From Chrysomallon squamiferum (Eukaryota; Animalia; Mollusca), in contig CM022667.1 in assembly GCA_012295275.1 (NCBI GenBank), forward strand, positions 12,648,001-12,712,000: a stretch of DNA of 64,000 nt, given 5' to 3'. Made by a program: the position numbers and the translations under genes. This document shows positions 1 through 11,426 of this stretch, piece after piece (position 1 is the stretch's first letter; each line of letters opens with the position of its first letter). A model generated the notes under the pieces. That model saw nothing but the letters and a program-made list of their open reading frames with translations. It was not told the origin of the DNA and did no database searches.

Positions 1-494
1 TCTCCTCCGTGTCACGATCGTCAAATGAGTCTTGAAATTCATCTCTCGACTGGAGATCTGTCGAGTCACCACGGCTTGATGCTGCAGCATCGGAAGTGTC
101 ATTATCATCAGTGCTTTCAAAACTGTCCTCAAACTGGACTCTTCGCTCCGTTACAGGCTGTCTTCCATCTGTCTGTCCTTCTGGACGCGTGTTCTGCTGG
201 GAAGATTCTTCTTTCTTTGATATTATTCTGTAGATGCTGTTAGATCGAGATTTCAAACATCCAGATGCAGGAGGTATTGGAGGTTTGGCATTTTGTGATG
301 ACAGAGAACGTGAAACAGTCGGTGCCTCTGACTTCTGTTGTGTACTAGATGACATTGGTGGAGGAGGAGGGGTGGAGGTGGATTGTTGGTTTCTGCCTGA
401 TGCTGGTTGAATGACTGTCCACCCTTCTTGAAGTTGAAACTGGCACCATCATCTGAAACGTCAAATCCCATTGCAGCAAGCTTGCGATCAAAAT
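1..494 (-). CDS. ANLN: Anillin exon 8 (partial; apparent 1-nt frameshift at 369-372)
   Basis: tctag|DFDRKLAAMGFDV...; after the poly-Pro tract another frame stays open to position 1 (MSSSTQQKSE...RRVQFEDSFES...). Confidence 0.8.
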
Positions 495-3400
495 CTAGAT
501 TTCAAGTTAAATTGAAAAAAACAAACATTTCCAAATGTCACCTTAGAGCAATTATAAAAGTGACAAATATTGTAAATTTAACTTCACCACCATTACCACC
601 CCATCTAAAAAATAAAGGATTTCCAAACTGATACACTAAATAACCTGATACAAAGTAATTGAATAAAGTTCTGTTTATAGCACAGAAATGGTTGATAAAA
701 AATTAAAATGAAAACTATACATGTTAGCTTTGAATATATTGATGTCAGACTTTTTACTTTTCTTTTTACTTTTTGATTTTTTTTTAAAATTAAATTATGA
801 AGGAAATAACTGAAGAAAAATATAATACCTTCTCTTGCTTTAGCTCGGATGATGTCTTTCTTATTAGGAGAGTTTTTCTCTGAATGTTCTAAACTTGCAC
901 TCTTGGCACCAACTGTCTCCTGCTTAAGTCAAAAATATTTAAATGCTTCATTACAAAATTAAAGGTTCAGTTAAACATATTTTTGCTTAATAATTGTTCA
1001 GTGATAAAATAATAATAACAATAATTGCAGTTGTTTGAAATGGATAATCATGCTATTTTTTTAATGTTTATTTTGTGCTATAAATTCTCACAATGCTGAT
1101 CACTGATGAGATGTAATTAGTATTTTTGTAATTTATACCAGCCAATACTAATACTAATATCTGCTAGGTGAAATAATTTTCCCAAACTGACAGCTATATT
1201 ATGCAATAGTCTCATGTTAATTAATCCCCTCCATCCCTCTCTCTTTTCATAGACCTGAGTAAGTAACACTTACAGGCACAGTTTCTGTCGTGCCAGTCGA
1301 ACTCTCCTCTTTTAGGATGCCGTTCTTCCATCGGTTCTGTATGCACTGTAATTCAGCCATGCGTTCCTGTCGAATCTTGTTCTCTATCTCTTTGCTCTTA
1401 CTGCTGTTATGCGTCTGCTCCATCAGTCGCTGGTGTACAGACTTCATCGAATTGCTGACGTGACTAGGAGACAGAGCAGTTTTTGCTGGCGAGGCTGGCT
1501 TCGTAGGAGACTGTGGCACTCTAGGAGACTTAGGAACAGGAGACTGACCTGATTTCATCAGCTGTATTCTCTCACTGATGTCATCTTTCAGACTCTTTGT
1601 TGGGGTCACACCTTTGGCTGGAGCGACCGTCTTGCTAGGAGTGGGTGTTTTCGGTAAATGAGGTGGCTGTGGCCTGGGTGGGGTCTGCTTGTTGGGAGAC
1701 AAGTTAACAGACGAAGGATCCACTTTCTTGATATGGCTTACCTATGAAAATCAAAATATTTCATAAAAATAACTTACAAAAATGTACATTAAAAACTACA
1801 TCCTTGAAGAGATAAGCTACACAACTATTAGCTGTTTGTATTAATGAAATTGTGATTCACTGTGCATTAAGTCTGCAAAATAGTTGAAACAAAATTATCC
1901 TAATTAAAATTACTGACTGTTAGATAAGTACTTGTTAACTGGTAGCCCTTTTGACATGAGATAAATATTAAGCACTCGAAAAAAATATTAAGTATATGAA
2001 CTAATCCAACAATAAACAGCTGTTCGGTGAAAACAGAGATGTATTTCCAAAGAATTATTATACTAACCTGATTGTTAGATGACATGTGTTCCCATGCAGA
2101 CATTCTGGCAATCACTGAATAAGCTGTGGGTTCTTCCTCCACACGGGGACCTGCTGTCTTCTGCTGCCACTGGGCCATTCTAGCAGACACAGACAACGAT
2201 GCCGGATCTACACTGCTCGTAGACGCTGCTGTGTTTTGTGCAGGTGTATTTGAAACTTCTTTTCGAGTGGATGTGGCAGCAGGTGTGGAGGATGCCTGAT
2301 GAGAGGGTTTTTCACTCGCTGAGCTTACTACGGGTGTGCACATGTGTCTTGGGGTCAACGGGGTCTTCACTGAACTCGTCTGGTTCTTTGGTGTCTGAGA
2401 AACCTTCTGCTCCCAGGAAGCCACTCTGGATGACAAAGGAGTCTTTGGTGCTGCATCCGATTTGAAAGACTCGGTCTTCTTCGCCCACTTGGCAAACCGA
2501 TCAGCCACGGGTTGCTTGGTTGGTTCATCGTCAGTCTGCTCGTCGGTGGTCGGTGACTCGTTCAGTCCTTTCGAGTTCACGGGAATCTGTTCAGTCACTC
2601 TCCTGCCATCTTTAGTCGGAGAACCTTTCACCGAAGCCACGTAATGCAGAGGTTTAGCAATTTTAGCAGCAGGAGATGACTGGGCAGAAGCATGGAGACT
2701 GCCAATACTCAGCTGAGACTTAATTGGTGATGCATAATTCTGAGAAGAGCTTGGCAAAGTCTTTGGACAGTTGCTGCTGCTGCTGTTGTTATTGTTCACT
2801 GGAGGCTGGGGAGCATGAAACTTCTTTGGAGAGTTTTGAAAACATTTTGACTCGTCTTTGGTGGGGCAGGGTGGTGCTGGAGGAGCATGTGACTTGCTTG
2901 ATTTAACAGGAGAGTTGTTTCCAGTAGATTCATCTTTTTTTCTGTGTACAAATAAAACATAAAATGAATGATTAATAAACTGAAGAAAAAAATATCACAT
3001 CTAAAAGATTACTCCACTTGACGTTTTTACCACTAAAGCTAAAAACATATTCAAAGCAACAGATATTTTAAAAATTTTACAATAAAAAAGTTCCCATATA
3101 TTCATTTTTGCACAGAAAAGGAAATATGAATAATGAAAGAAAAAAAGGAAAACTGTCATATTGTGGCCACTTTAGATCTCTTTAGGCCCGTTATTTTAAT
3201 ACTTTATTATCAACAAAAATATATGTCAACTGTATAGAAAACTTATTTATAGAAAACCTATTTATTGGTATAGAAAGAAATAATAACAATAACTAACGTT
3301 GCCAAGGTTGGATGACTGAGGTCATCCTCCCAGGTATTGATGTTCTGGGCCAGTGCAGCCAGGCGACCAAATCGAGATTTAGGTGTCTTGGGTTCATCAT

Positions 3401-5341
3401 CTTGTACATAGGTCTCAACAACAGCTTCAGCTGGTTTGGCAACATTCTCTAGAAAATAAGTTGTTTTACAATATTAAACCTAATATTTTAAATACAAAAA
3501 AAAAGTTTAAAATCCCTATAAAAAAGAAAAACGAAACACATACTGCTATCCCTGCTACAATCCATGAATGTATCACAGAGATTTTATTTGGTCTGGCAAT
3601 TCTTAGATATTTTTTTTCCATGCATCATATTCACAAAGAAAATGATTCATTTACTCCACACACATATGATGATTATAATTCAGAATACTGAAGCATTTTC
3701 TCTTTTTTTAGGCTTTCAAATCCATGTTTCTAAATACTGATTAAACAAAAATATTTTTTTTTTACCACAATCTGAGGTGTCAGACCAACGAGTCCGCTCA
3801 CTTGCAAGTGTATGAAGTCTGGATTTTACACTGGAGATTGCTGGAGTGTCTGGTTTTACCTGCTGCTCATACTCTCGGGTACACTGGCGCTTTGGCGAGT
3901 CTAAGCCAAAAATAAACATTAGCTTTATTACAAGTACTAAAGCACTGGATTACATGTCATAAATGGAGTATTTTGTTTAAAAAATGTATTACTTTTGATT
4001 TTTGTGTTTATTCTCTATCAGATTACATACAAACTGTTTATAAATAAGAGATTTATATAACATTTATCAATGCATCAAATGTGAACTATAATTTTTTGTT
4101 TTCAAGATACAGTTTATGTAACTTAATGGATGAAGAGGTCTTTATAATAAAGTCAACCGAATATTAGACTTTACAAAGCTGATAAATTTTCTCCAACTGC
4201 AGTTACTTTTTTTTCCCCCTTAAATGTGAAATAAAAGAATACAAATTTTAAAATGTTATAATCAAAAAGTAAATTACCATCATCGTTAATGTTGTCTTTG
4301 TGAGTACCAATGTTAGAGGACAGGTCCTCGGAGAGAGGGGTTCGTCTCTTGCGAGGAGCAGCCTCTGGAGTTTTTCCAAGTTTCTGGTTTAACATCTCGC
4401 GACGATGGCGAGTACGTTCTATCAGTTGCTGAAACAGTGGTCACTTTTATATTAATTTATATCTGTCGCTCTTTGGGATCGGGTGTGGTTTTTTGTTGGG
4501 TTTTTCATGAGGGGTTGTTGGTTTTTTTCTTTAATAATTGCTTGGTTATAAGATTTATGACTATTTCCTTAAATTTGACTGATTTATAATTATTCTAAAT
4601 TATAATACAAAACCCTTCAATATTTTGCAAAAGTACTAAAAGACAAAACATGTATTTGTTTTATTATAAAAATTAAAAAATTTTTAAAAAAAAAAAGATC
4701 ATGTTAAGTGAAACTCAGTATTTCAAGATTATTATAATTTTTATATTAACAAGCAATAGCTGTGTAATGAAATGATCATAAACAAATGAAATATAAAATT
4801 GAATGTAATCGAAATAAAATTCATCTCCAATTATAATTTGTATGTTACAAATAACATGATGTGGCCACAAGACTAATCGTCTTGATTTACTTACGGCCAT
4901 GAATAAGGCTAAAGAGTATTTTAATCATAATCAGAAAATAAAATAAAAATTAATTTAAAAACAAATTAAAAATTAAACAAACAAACAAAAAAATTTCGTT
5001 ATCCAGTTATTCTAATTAATTCAGATTTTTAATAAATAATTGTTTAAATAGAGCATTTGAATTATTATTATTGCAATATTAACTTATTTTATGTTCAATC
5101 GAAATACAAAATCTGTGTATGATCAAAAAGTCCGAATCTATTATCTATGAAGTTCACGATTTGATGCTCGAGTCTGCGCCCAGCGAAAAAAAAACCACTG
5201 CCAGCACCGACTTATTGAGTTATTCAACGATTACATTAATTTTTCACTTCAGATAATATTTAATATGTAGAAAATGCTACAGAATAATACAAAATCATTT
5301 AAATTACTTAACATGCGATATACCTCAGTATAGGGATCCAT
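1..5341 (-). CDS. ANLN: Anillin (actin-binding cytokinesis scaffold), 5' part; exons 5341-5324, 4428-4278, 3900-3766, 3448-3298, 2941-2068, 1741-1274, 919-829, 494-<1
   Basis: Spliced translation begins MDPYTE-QLIERTRHRRE (anillin N-terminus MDPFTEKLLERTRARRE). It contains SVKSRLHTLASERTRWSD, RLAALAQNINTWEDDLSH and KIRQERMAELQCIQNRW, all recognisable anillin blocks. All introns are GT-AG with matching phases. The gene continues beyond the left edge. Confidence 0.93.
829..919 (-). CDS. ANLN: Anillin exon 7 (tandem AAG/CAG acceptors; start 919 or 922)
   Basis: ETVGAKSASLEHSEK...KARE G|gtatta; phase fits neighbouring exons. Confidence 0.8.
1274..1741 (-). CDS. ANLN: Anillin exon 6
   Basis: 468 nt, phase 0-0, catag|GTAAGC to CCT|gtaagt; encodes QERMAELQCIQNRW. 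Confidence 0.88.
2068..2941 (-). CDS. ANLN: Anillin exon 5 (low-complexity region with R-x-x-x-W repeats)
   Basis: 874-nt open exon, cacag| to CAG|gttagt; overlaps ORF 1900..2799. Confidence 0.9.
3298..3448 (-). CDS. ANLN: Anillin exon 4
   Basis: Encodes RFGRLAALAQNINTWEDDLSHP; tag| and |gttagt boundaries; absent from the ORF track. Confidence 0.9.
3766..3900 (-). CDS. ANLN: Anillin exon 3
   Basis: cttag|DSPKRQC...SVKSRLHTLASERTRWSD...|gtaaaa; phase 1-1. Confidence 0.88.
4278..4428 (-). CDS. ANLN: Anillin exon 2
   Basis: tttcag|QLIERTRHRREMLNQKLG...NDD G|gtaatt. Confidence 0.9.
5324..5341 (-). CDS. ANLN: Anillin coding exon 1 (MDPYTE)
   Basis: ATG GAT CCC TAT ACT GAG|gtatat. Confidence 0.9.
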
Positions 5342-5394
5342 TGTCTTTCTAACTGCAAAATAACATTAAACTGTCTATTGCCTTCCAGGCTTAA

Positions 5395-5520
5395 CTTTTC
5401 AAAGGTTTGTCACTTTTGAAATTGGCGGTTGAAGGTCTCGCGTTTTCTCGTTCGAGCCAACAAACCGGAATCTGTTTTATAAACAAATCAAAATAAAACG
5501 AATGCTATACAGCGATTGGT
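5395..5520 (-). promoter_or_regulatory. Anillin proximal promoter with CHR-like TTTGAA, GGCGG and CCAAT boxes
   Basis: TTCAAA 5398-5403, TTTGAA 5415-5420, ATTGG 5421-5425 and 5515-5519, GGCGG 5424-5428; locally CpG-rich just upstream of the ATG. Confidence 0.5.
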
Positions 5521-5685
5521 TATTTCTAATTGAAAAAGTTCTGTTTGTTTCAACGTATCATTTTTATCATTTCAGTTTAATTACTTAAATGACAGACAAA
5601 AGCTACTTGAAAATTTTGAAATGATGAAATTTATACTTATGTTTCTGTACGGCAAATTTTCAAGACGTGGATGGTAAATTTAAAT

Positions 5686-5723
<38 letters not shown>

Positions 5724-5765
5724 TTTTGCACGATTTATTCTTTCAAAAGACTTCTGGCATTAGAA

Positions 5766-5940
5766 CAGTGGTTCCCAACATTTTGGGTGCCATACCACCT
5801 CTGGCATAAATCCCACTAAATTCTGAAAACGTTTAGAATATATTAGACCGTATAGTCGTATTCATTAATACATTTCATAAAACAAAACATTTTATTTTAA
5901 TAATTTTGTCGATGGCCAGGATTTCTTGGCCATCGACATA
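5766..5940 (+). mobile_element. hAT/Charlie-like DNA transposon remnant (one terminal repeat) with nearby hairpin
   Basis: CAGTGGTTCCCAA at 5766 matches the typical hAT-Charlie terminus; no matching second end found; 12-bp perfect inverted repeat at 5907-5938. Confidence 0.35.
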
Positions 5941-7777
5941 AGTAACAGTTTAAACTTAAAGGTTTCAGAAAATTTGTTCTTAACACACCAATGTGATGAC
6001 AAATTCCTCCCCCTCTCCGTGTTTTATCTTTTTAATGCCACAGCAGCGCCATCACAGAATTTTATTTTATTTTATTTTTTAATTACTTTATTTAATAATT
6101 TATTTTATTTTATTTTAAAAAAAAAAAATAAATTTATATATATATATTTTTTTTTTTTCTATTTTACTTATTTACTTCTATTTTATTTTATTTTTTTAGT
6201 TTTTTTTATTTATTTATTTATTTATTTATTTATTATCATTATTTTTTATATATATATATATTATAAACCTTTTTATATCTTGCAGAATATGCCTGTGGAT
6301 AGTACTAAATATTTTGATTTACATTACAAATTCAAAATTTTTAATTTCTAAAATCATAACTACATTTAATCCTTGTAACAAATTTAAGTTTGAATTTATA
6401 TTAGTTGCCAAAGAAATCTTACTTTAATTAAATTAATATTATATATATATATGTATACACACCATACATAAATACATACATATCACACACAGAAAATATA
6501 TATTATTTTTATTTATTATTATTATTATATAATTTTTTTAAACTGGATTTTTAATAATTTTACACAAAAAATATGATTTATATTTGCATCTATGATTCTT
6601 GAATAAAGTGTAGACTCAGATATGAGTTCAATAAGTGTGTTACTTTAGAAACCAGCCTTTATTTAAATATAATCTTTTTTTCTTTCACAAATATACAGAT
6701 ACATTATTTATTTATTTATTTTATTTTATATTATTTTATTTTATTTCATAAAATTTTTTTTTTTTGTTTTGTTTTAAATCTAAACAAAAATACAGAGGCC
6801 CAGATATCCATGATGTACAGACAATCTCTATCAGGTGAAGAACATTAAACAAACTGGAACATCAAGTTTGACTCCTGATCACCAAATATACAAGAATCAA
6901 ACTGTAGCTCGGCTGTCTTATCTCTTGAACAAAGTGAATGCCTGTGGACATGATACTACAGTCATATACTGGATAATCAAACATCTGTCAGATGACAATG
7001 GTAGTCCTTTATCCATTACAACTTTATCTGGTTCAGTGTTATAGCATAGTGTCATCCTTAAGTCTAAAACCTTTTGGAAATATTTGGAAAACTGCTAGCT
7101 CTGGATAAAGGTTGTGTAACTCTGCTTGTTCTTCTGAACCTATGTGCTGTGTTGGAGACTATCTGTCTTACCCAGTTATTTCACCTAACAATGACTTCAT
7201 TCAAATTTAATTTTTTGTTTGTTACCTAATTTAAACATGACATTATTTAATTATCATTTTCGAGTCCAAATGTTAAATCCAAAATATGAATAAAGCTGTC
7301 CTTTTTGATCTTCTGTAAAAATAAGCTTCTGAAAAAGAAAAGAAAATATGTTATCATTACATTTTTTTTTATATCTTTTTTATTATTATTATAAAGATTT
7401 TAATATAAAAATATAATGATTTAAAAGCATGTTAATCATGTAAAAATGCATTTAATCCTCAGGCTGTGACGATTAATATGCAATAGGCACAACCCCTGCC
7501 ACTCCCAAAATATTAAATTTGTAATAAATTTTATATACCAATACAACTGTTCATACTTCCATCTACATAAGTTTCAAAAAAAGAACAAACACGGAAATAA
7601 ATAAGGCTTTAACAAATAATTTAAGTAATATTTCTAATCTGTAAATCTTTTGAATTTTTTAAAATGTGAGTTTCCCTCAGGTTGTCATGGTTCATATATC
7701 ATTATATGCTTCATGTCTTAGATATAGATAGATAGATATATATATATATGGTTGAACAGTGAGAGGTTTCTTCAATT

Positions 7778-8075
7778 TTTTCCTTAAATTTGTATTATAT
7801 TATTATTTTACCAGTATTTGTGGTTATAGCTTTCCTCAAAATTTTCAAATGTATTTAATATTGCATGCACAAGGGAGAAAACAACAGAATTATTTTCACA
7901 TTTATTGTGATCATTCTGACTCTAATAAGGTATATGTGTCGTGGCATAGATATGGTGGAACTTTTCCTTAAATTTGTAATATTTTATATCTAATGTTTGT
8001 TGTTGCAGCTTTCTTCTGAAGTTTTAATATAGCAACACTGCAAGAGAGAAAAACCCAACTATATTCACACTGATA
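7778..8075. repeat. Diverged two-copy direct duplication (~185 bp period)
   Basis: tttccttaaatttgta...agctttc...caagrgagaaaa...ttcaca occurs twice. Confidence 0.6.
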
Positions 8076-8482
8076 TTCTTTTTCCTTTCTTTTTTAAATT
8101 TTTTTCTTACTGAAGAACAAAAAATAAATGCATATATAAAAAAACAAAATGAAAATTAACAATTAAAATATTTGATTTACATCATGAACAAATATTACAC
8201 TATTAAGCATAAGTTTGCTATGAAAATACTGACTTTGAGTGACAAAATGATTTTTTTTTTGAAAAACTACAATCTCAGTTATTATTATTTTTTTTTTTTT
8301 TTCCAAAAGTATCCTGTTTCTGGAACTGAGTAAATGTTGAAAACATTTCTGCAAACAATGCTTATCAGTCTTGTTTGTCAAAGGTTTTCAATATACACCA
8401 GTCTTATCCAAACTAGCCAAATTTGATCATTATGAATTCTCACTGATGTAAACCATGTACTGAAAACCAAATAAAACCAGAA

Positions 8483-9070
8483 CCTGTCAATTCTGAATGC
8501 TGGATATGTTTTTTGTTTTGTTCAGTTTTGTATTTTAAATCATATAATTCTGTAATAGTTCAAATATCTTGTTAAAATAGTTAGATCTTCCTGTTATAAA
8601 ATGTATAATCATTCTAGATAATTTCTTTGAGTTCCATATCTTCTTGTGGTTCTTAAGCGGACAGCTGATGTATCTGAAAATACAGAACATTTTTTTTTTT
8701 TTTTATGAATAATGTAAAGTTAGATTCAAAGAAAAATCTGTCAATTCTGAAAACTGGATAATTTATAAAAAAATATATAAATTTTATTATTATTAATATT
8801 TTAGTTTTGTTTGGTTGTTGTTATAATAATTCAAATATCTTACTTCCAACTTCAGAATTGTTTTGCCTTTCTTAAAATAGAGTTTGTAATTTAAAAAAAT
8901 TATATACACTAAGTTGTGATTGTTTCATCCCTCAGACAATTCAAGAATTTCTGTAAAACCTCTCAATTCTGAAAGCTGGATAAGTTATCTTGGGGTTTTT
9001 TTTTTGTTGTTTTTTTGAATTGTGTAACATGGTAAGAATTCAAATATCTTACATTCAACTATTTTGAATT
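8483..9070. repeat. Diverged three-copy direct repeat (~240 bp period)
   Basis: tcaattctgaa-nn-ctggata and ttcaaatatctt blocks recur near 8487, 8741 and 8963. Confidence 0.6.
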
Positions 9071-10813
9071 ATAAGCCCTCCTAATACAAAATATGTAATA
9101 ATTTAATTTGTATGAGCAATGTTCATTGTAAATTCAGATACAGAGAACAGTTTGTATTATTATTACTGTTATTACTTTCAAACAATAATTAGTTATCTTT
9201 TCAGTATTGATATAGATGTAAGAACTGTTCACAAACATGAACTAGCAGTATGATGAATAGCTCTGTAAAAACTGTAATTGAAATAAATTGTCACATACTT
9301 TTACATTATGTTCATGTCTAAATTAATTATGTGAAATGCATGTTGTTCTCTTAGGGTGAGGGAAATCATGTATAGGCTATGCCTGCAGATAGTATGTTTA
9401 TGAATATAATTTTTCAATAAAATATTTCAAAACAAAATATTTTTTGTATTGTATTTTGAGCTCTCTTACACCATTATCAGTTTTCAGCTATTGCAATGTC
9501 AAAGTTTTATTCCACAGCATGTAAAAAAAACTCTTTGGAGGGGTTTATTTTCTATTTTGCTACTACATTTACATTATCTTTATTATAATTTTTTTAATTT
9601 ATTTTTTTTTTTTTTTTTTTTTTGGTCAACACCCCTTACACTAGATAACTCCATAACTGGAAGATGATAAAAAGACGATGCCAAAAAAAAAAAAAGGACA
9701 AGATTTCTATACAGTATTACAATAAAGCAATGCACTGTCATCATGCTTTCAGTCAGTGTATTCCTATGTGTATTTGTTGCAATTTGCCCCTCATGTGAAC
9801 ATATTACTTACTATCGGTATAATTAGGTGGGTCTAACATCATCAGGACATCTTTAAAAGGGTCCAAAAAGCCAAAAATTTAATTCCAAAACAGCTTTATC
9901 AGACTAGGAACTTTGGATGTCTGTTATCTATCAAAAATAAATTTAGACATCAAAATGTAGACAATATTTTTTTATTTTTAAATTTTTTTACTTATAAAGT
10001 GATGGACCTTCATTTTCATTTAGTAATAAAATACAGTTGGTCATACTTGAAAACGAACTGATTTATAAATGGCAGTAATGTATAATAATTTTATTATGAG
10101 CAATATAAGAAACATTTTTACTATAATAATAGCTATTTTAGATATAATATAATTATCAAATAATAATAATAATCGATAGTAATTTAAAATCATCGACTGA
10201 ACTAAACGTCCAAACCGAGTAGACGAAATGACTTAGAAGTAATCTTTCTAAAAAAAAAAAAAAAAAAAAAAACGTGAATAATTCATTATAATGAGTAGTT
10301 TGGTATAAAATGGGATTACTGATATTATCAAATCTCAAATATAACCCCAAAACTTGCCCAGTTGCTTTAGAGAATAACAAATTAGGCCGAGTTACAACGA
10401 CGGCCATTATTTATTAATCAACGAATAAAGGAGAAAATGGTGATTTGCATCGCCTACATTTTTGTCATTCACTTTTGAATTGCATATTATATGTTTGTTT
10501 TAAAGTCGCTGGGTATCAGTAAGAGAACGCATTTTTAAAAAAAATTAAAAACTTGTGGGAGTGGTGGTATTCTTTTTTTTATATAGAGTTGGGTAATGTT
10601 TCAAATGCATATTTTGAATTACATAACATTTTTTGGACTAACCCTTCACTGTAAATAAATAGGTATGTGCCTCGAGGGGTCATACTTGAAATGTACGAAT
10701 ATCAGTACATTATCAGCTAATTGCAGCAGTCTGCTAATAAGAAAAGTGCCACTTAAAAGCATTAAATAACAACTTAAAAAAATAAAATAATAATAAGAAG
10801 AAGAAGAAGAAGA

Positions 10814-10884
<71 letters not shown>

Positions 10885-11027
10885 GCTATGTAAAATAGGC
10901 TGTGATGGCTTTGTTGCATGTTTAATTAAGGATCAAGTTCCATTTTATTATTATTTTAATCAAACATATATCATTAAATAGTTTTGCTAATTTCGTTTAA
11001 CTTCCTTTACTTTGACGTAATCTACAG

Positions 11028-11399
11028 TGCTTCAGGTTTTCTGAGGAAATTACGATCGAAGAAGGAAAAATATGTACAGGTAATTAAGGTAATTAGTAGA
11101 ATTTCAGAGTAAATCAAAGCATAATTTCGCCAGATTACATGTTTATTATAACTTTATTTTAAAAGAATGGTATTTATCATAAGGACCCCATAAAAGGATG
11201 AATTTGTAAAACAGAATTTTGTACGTCATCATATATTATGTTATCGATAATGACCTAAATTCGTATTATTGCCATAATTATTGACGTTATTCTTTTTAAA
11301 GTTTTGAAAATTAGTTTATAATGCAATTTTAGTACAGAATGAACTATATTTATTTCAGGTCTGATTGGTGCTGTAGTCGTTTGGAATGATTGAGGTACC
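11028..11399 (+). other. AKTIP: AKTIP 5' UTR pieces (candidate exon 11028-11079; UTR part 11359-11399)
   Basis: ctacag|...tacag|gtaatt and tatttcag| acceptor 41 nt before the ATG; DRE TATCGATA at 11242-11249. Confidence 0.45.
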
Positions 11400-11426
11400 A
11401 TGTCACAGACTGGTATGGATTCGCAG
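11400..11426 (+). CDS. AKTIP: AKTIP coding exon 1 (MSQTGMDSQ)
   Basis: accATG...CAG|gtattt, phase 0 matches next exon. Confidence 0.75.

Larger units (their letters stand above)
6710..10410 (-). ncRNA. Candidate spliced lncRNA divergent from AKTIP
   Basis: Minus-strand splice signals: GG|gcaagt at 10358, tttttgatag| exon 9927-9812 |gtaagt, tattttcag| at 8673, tttctttttcag| at 7328; exon 9927-9812 has stops in all frames. Confidence 0.3.

Noticed and set aside
9250-9745. C/D box snoRNAs suggested by ATGATGA at 9250 (+) and 9738-9744 (-)
   Set aside because: No box D CTGA with a terminal stem at a suitable distance.
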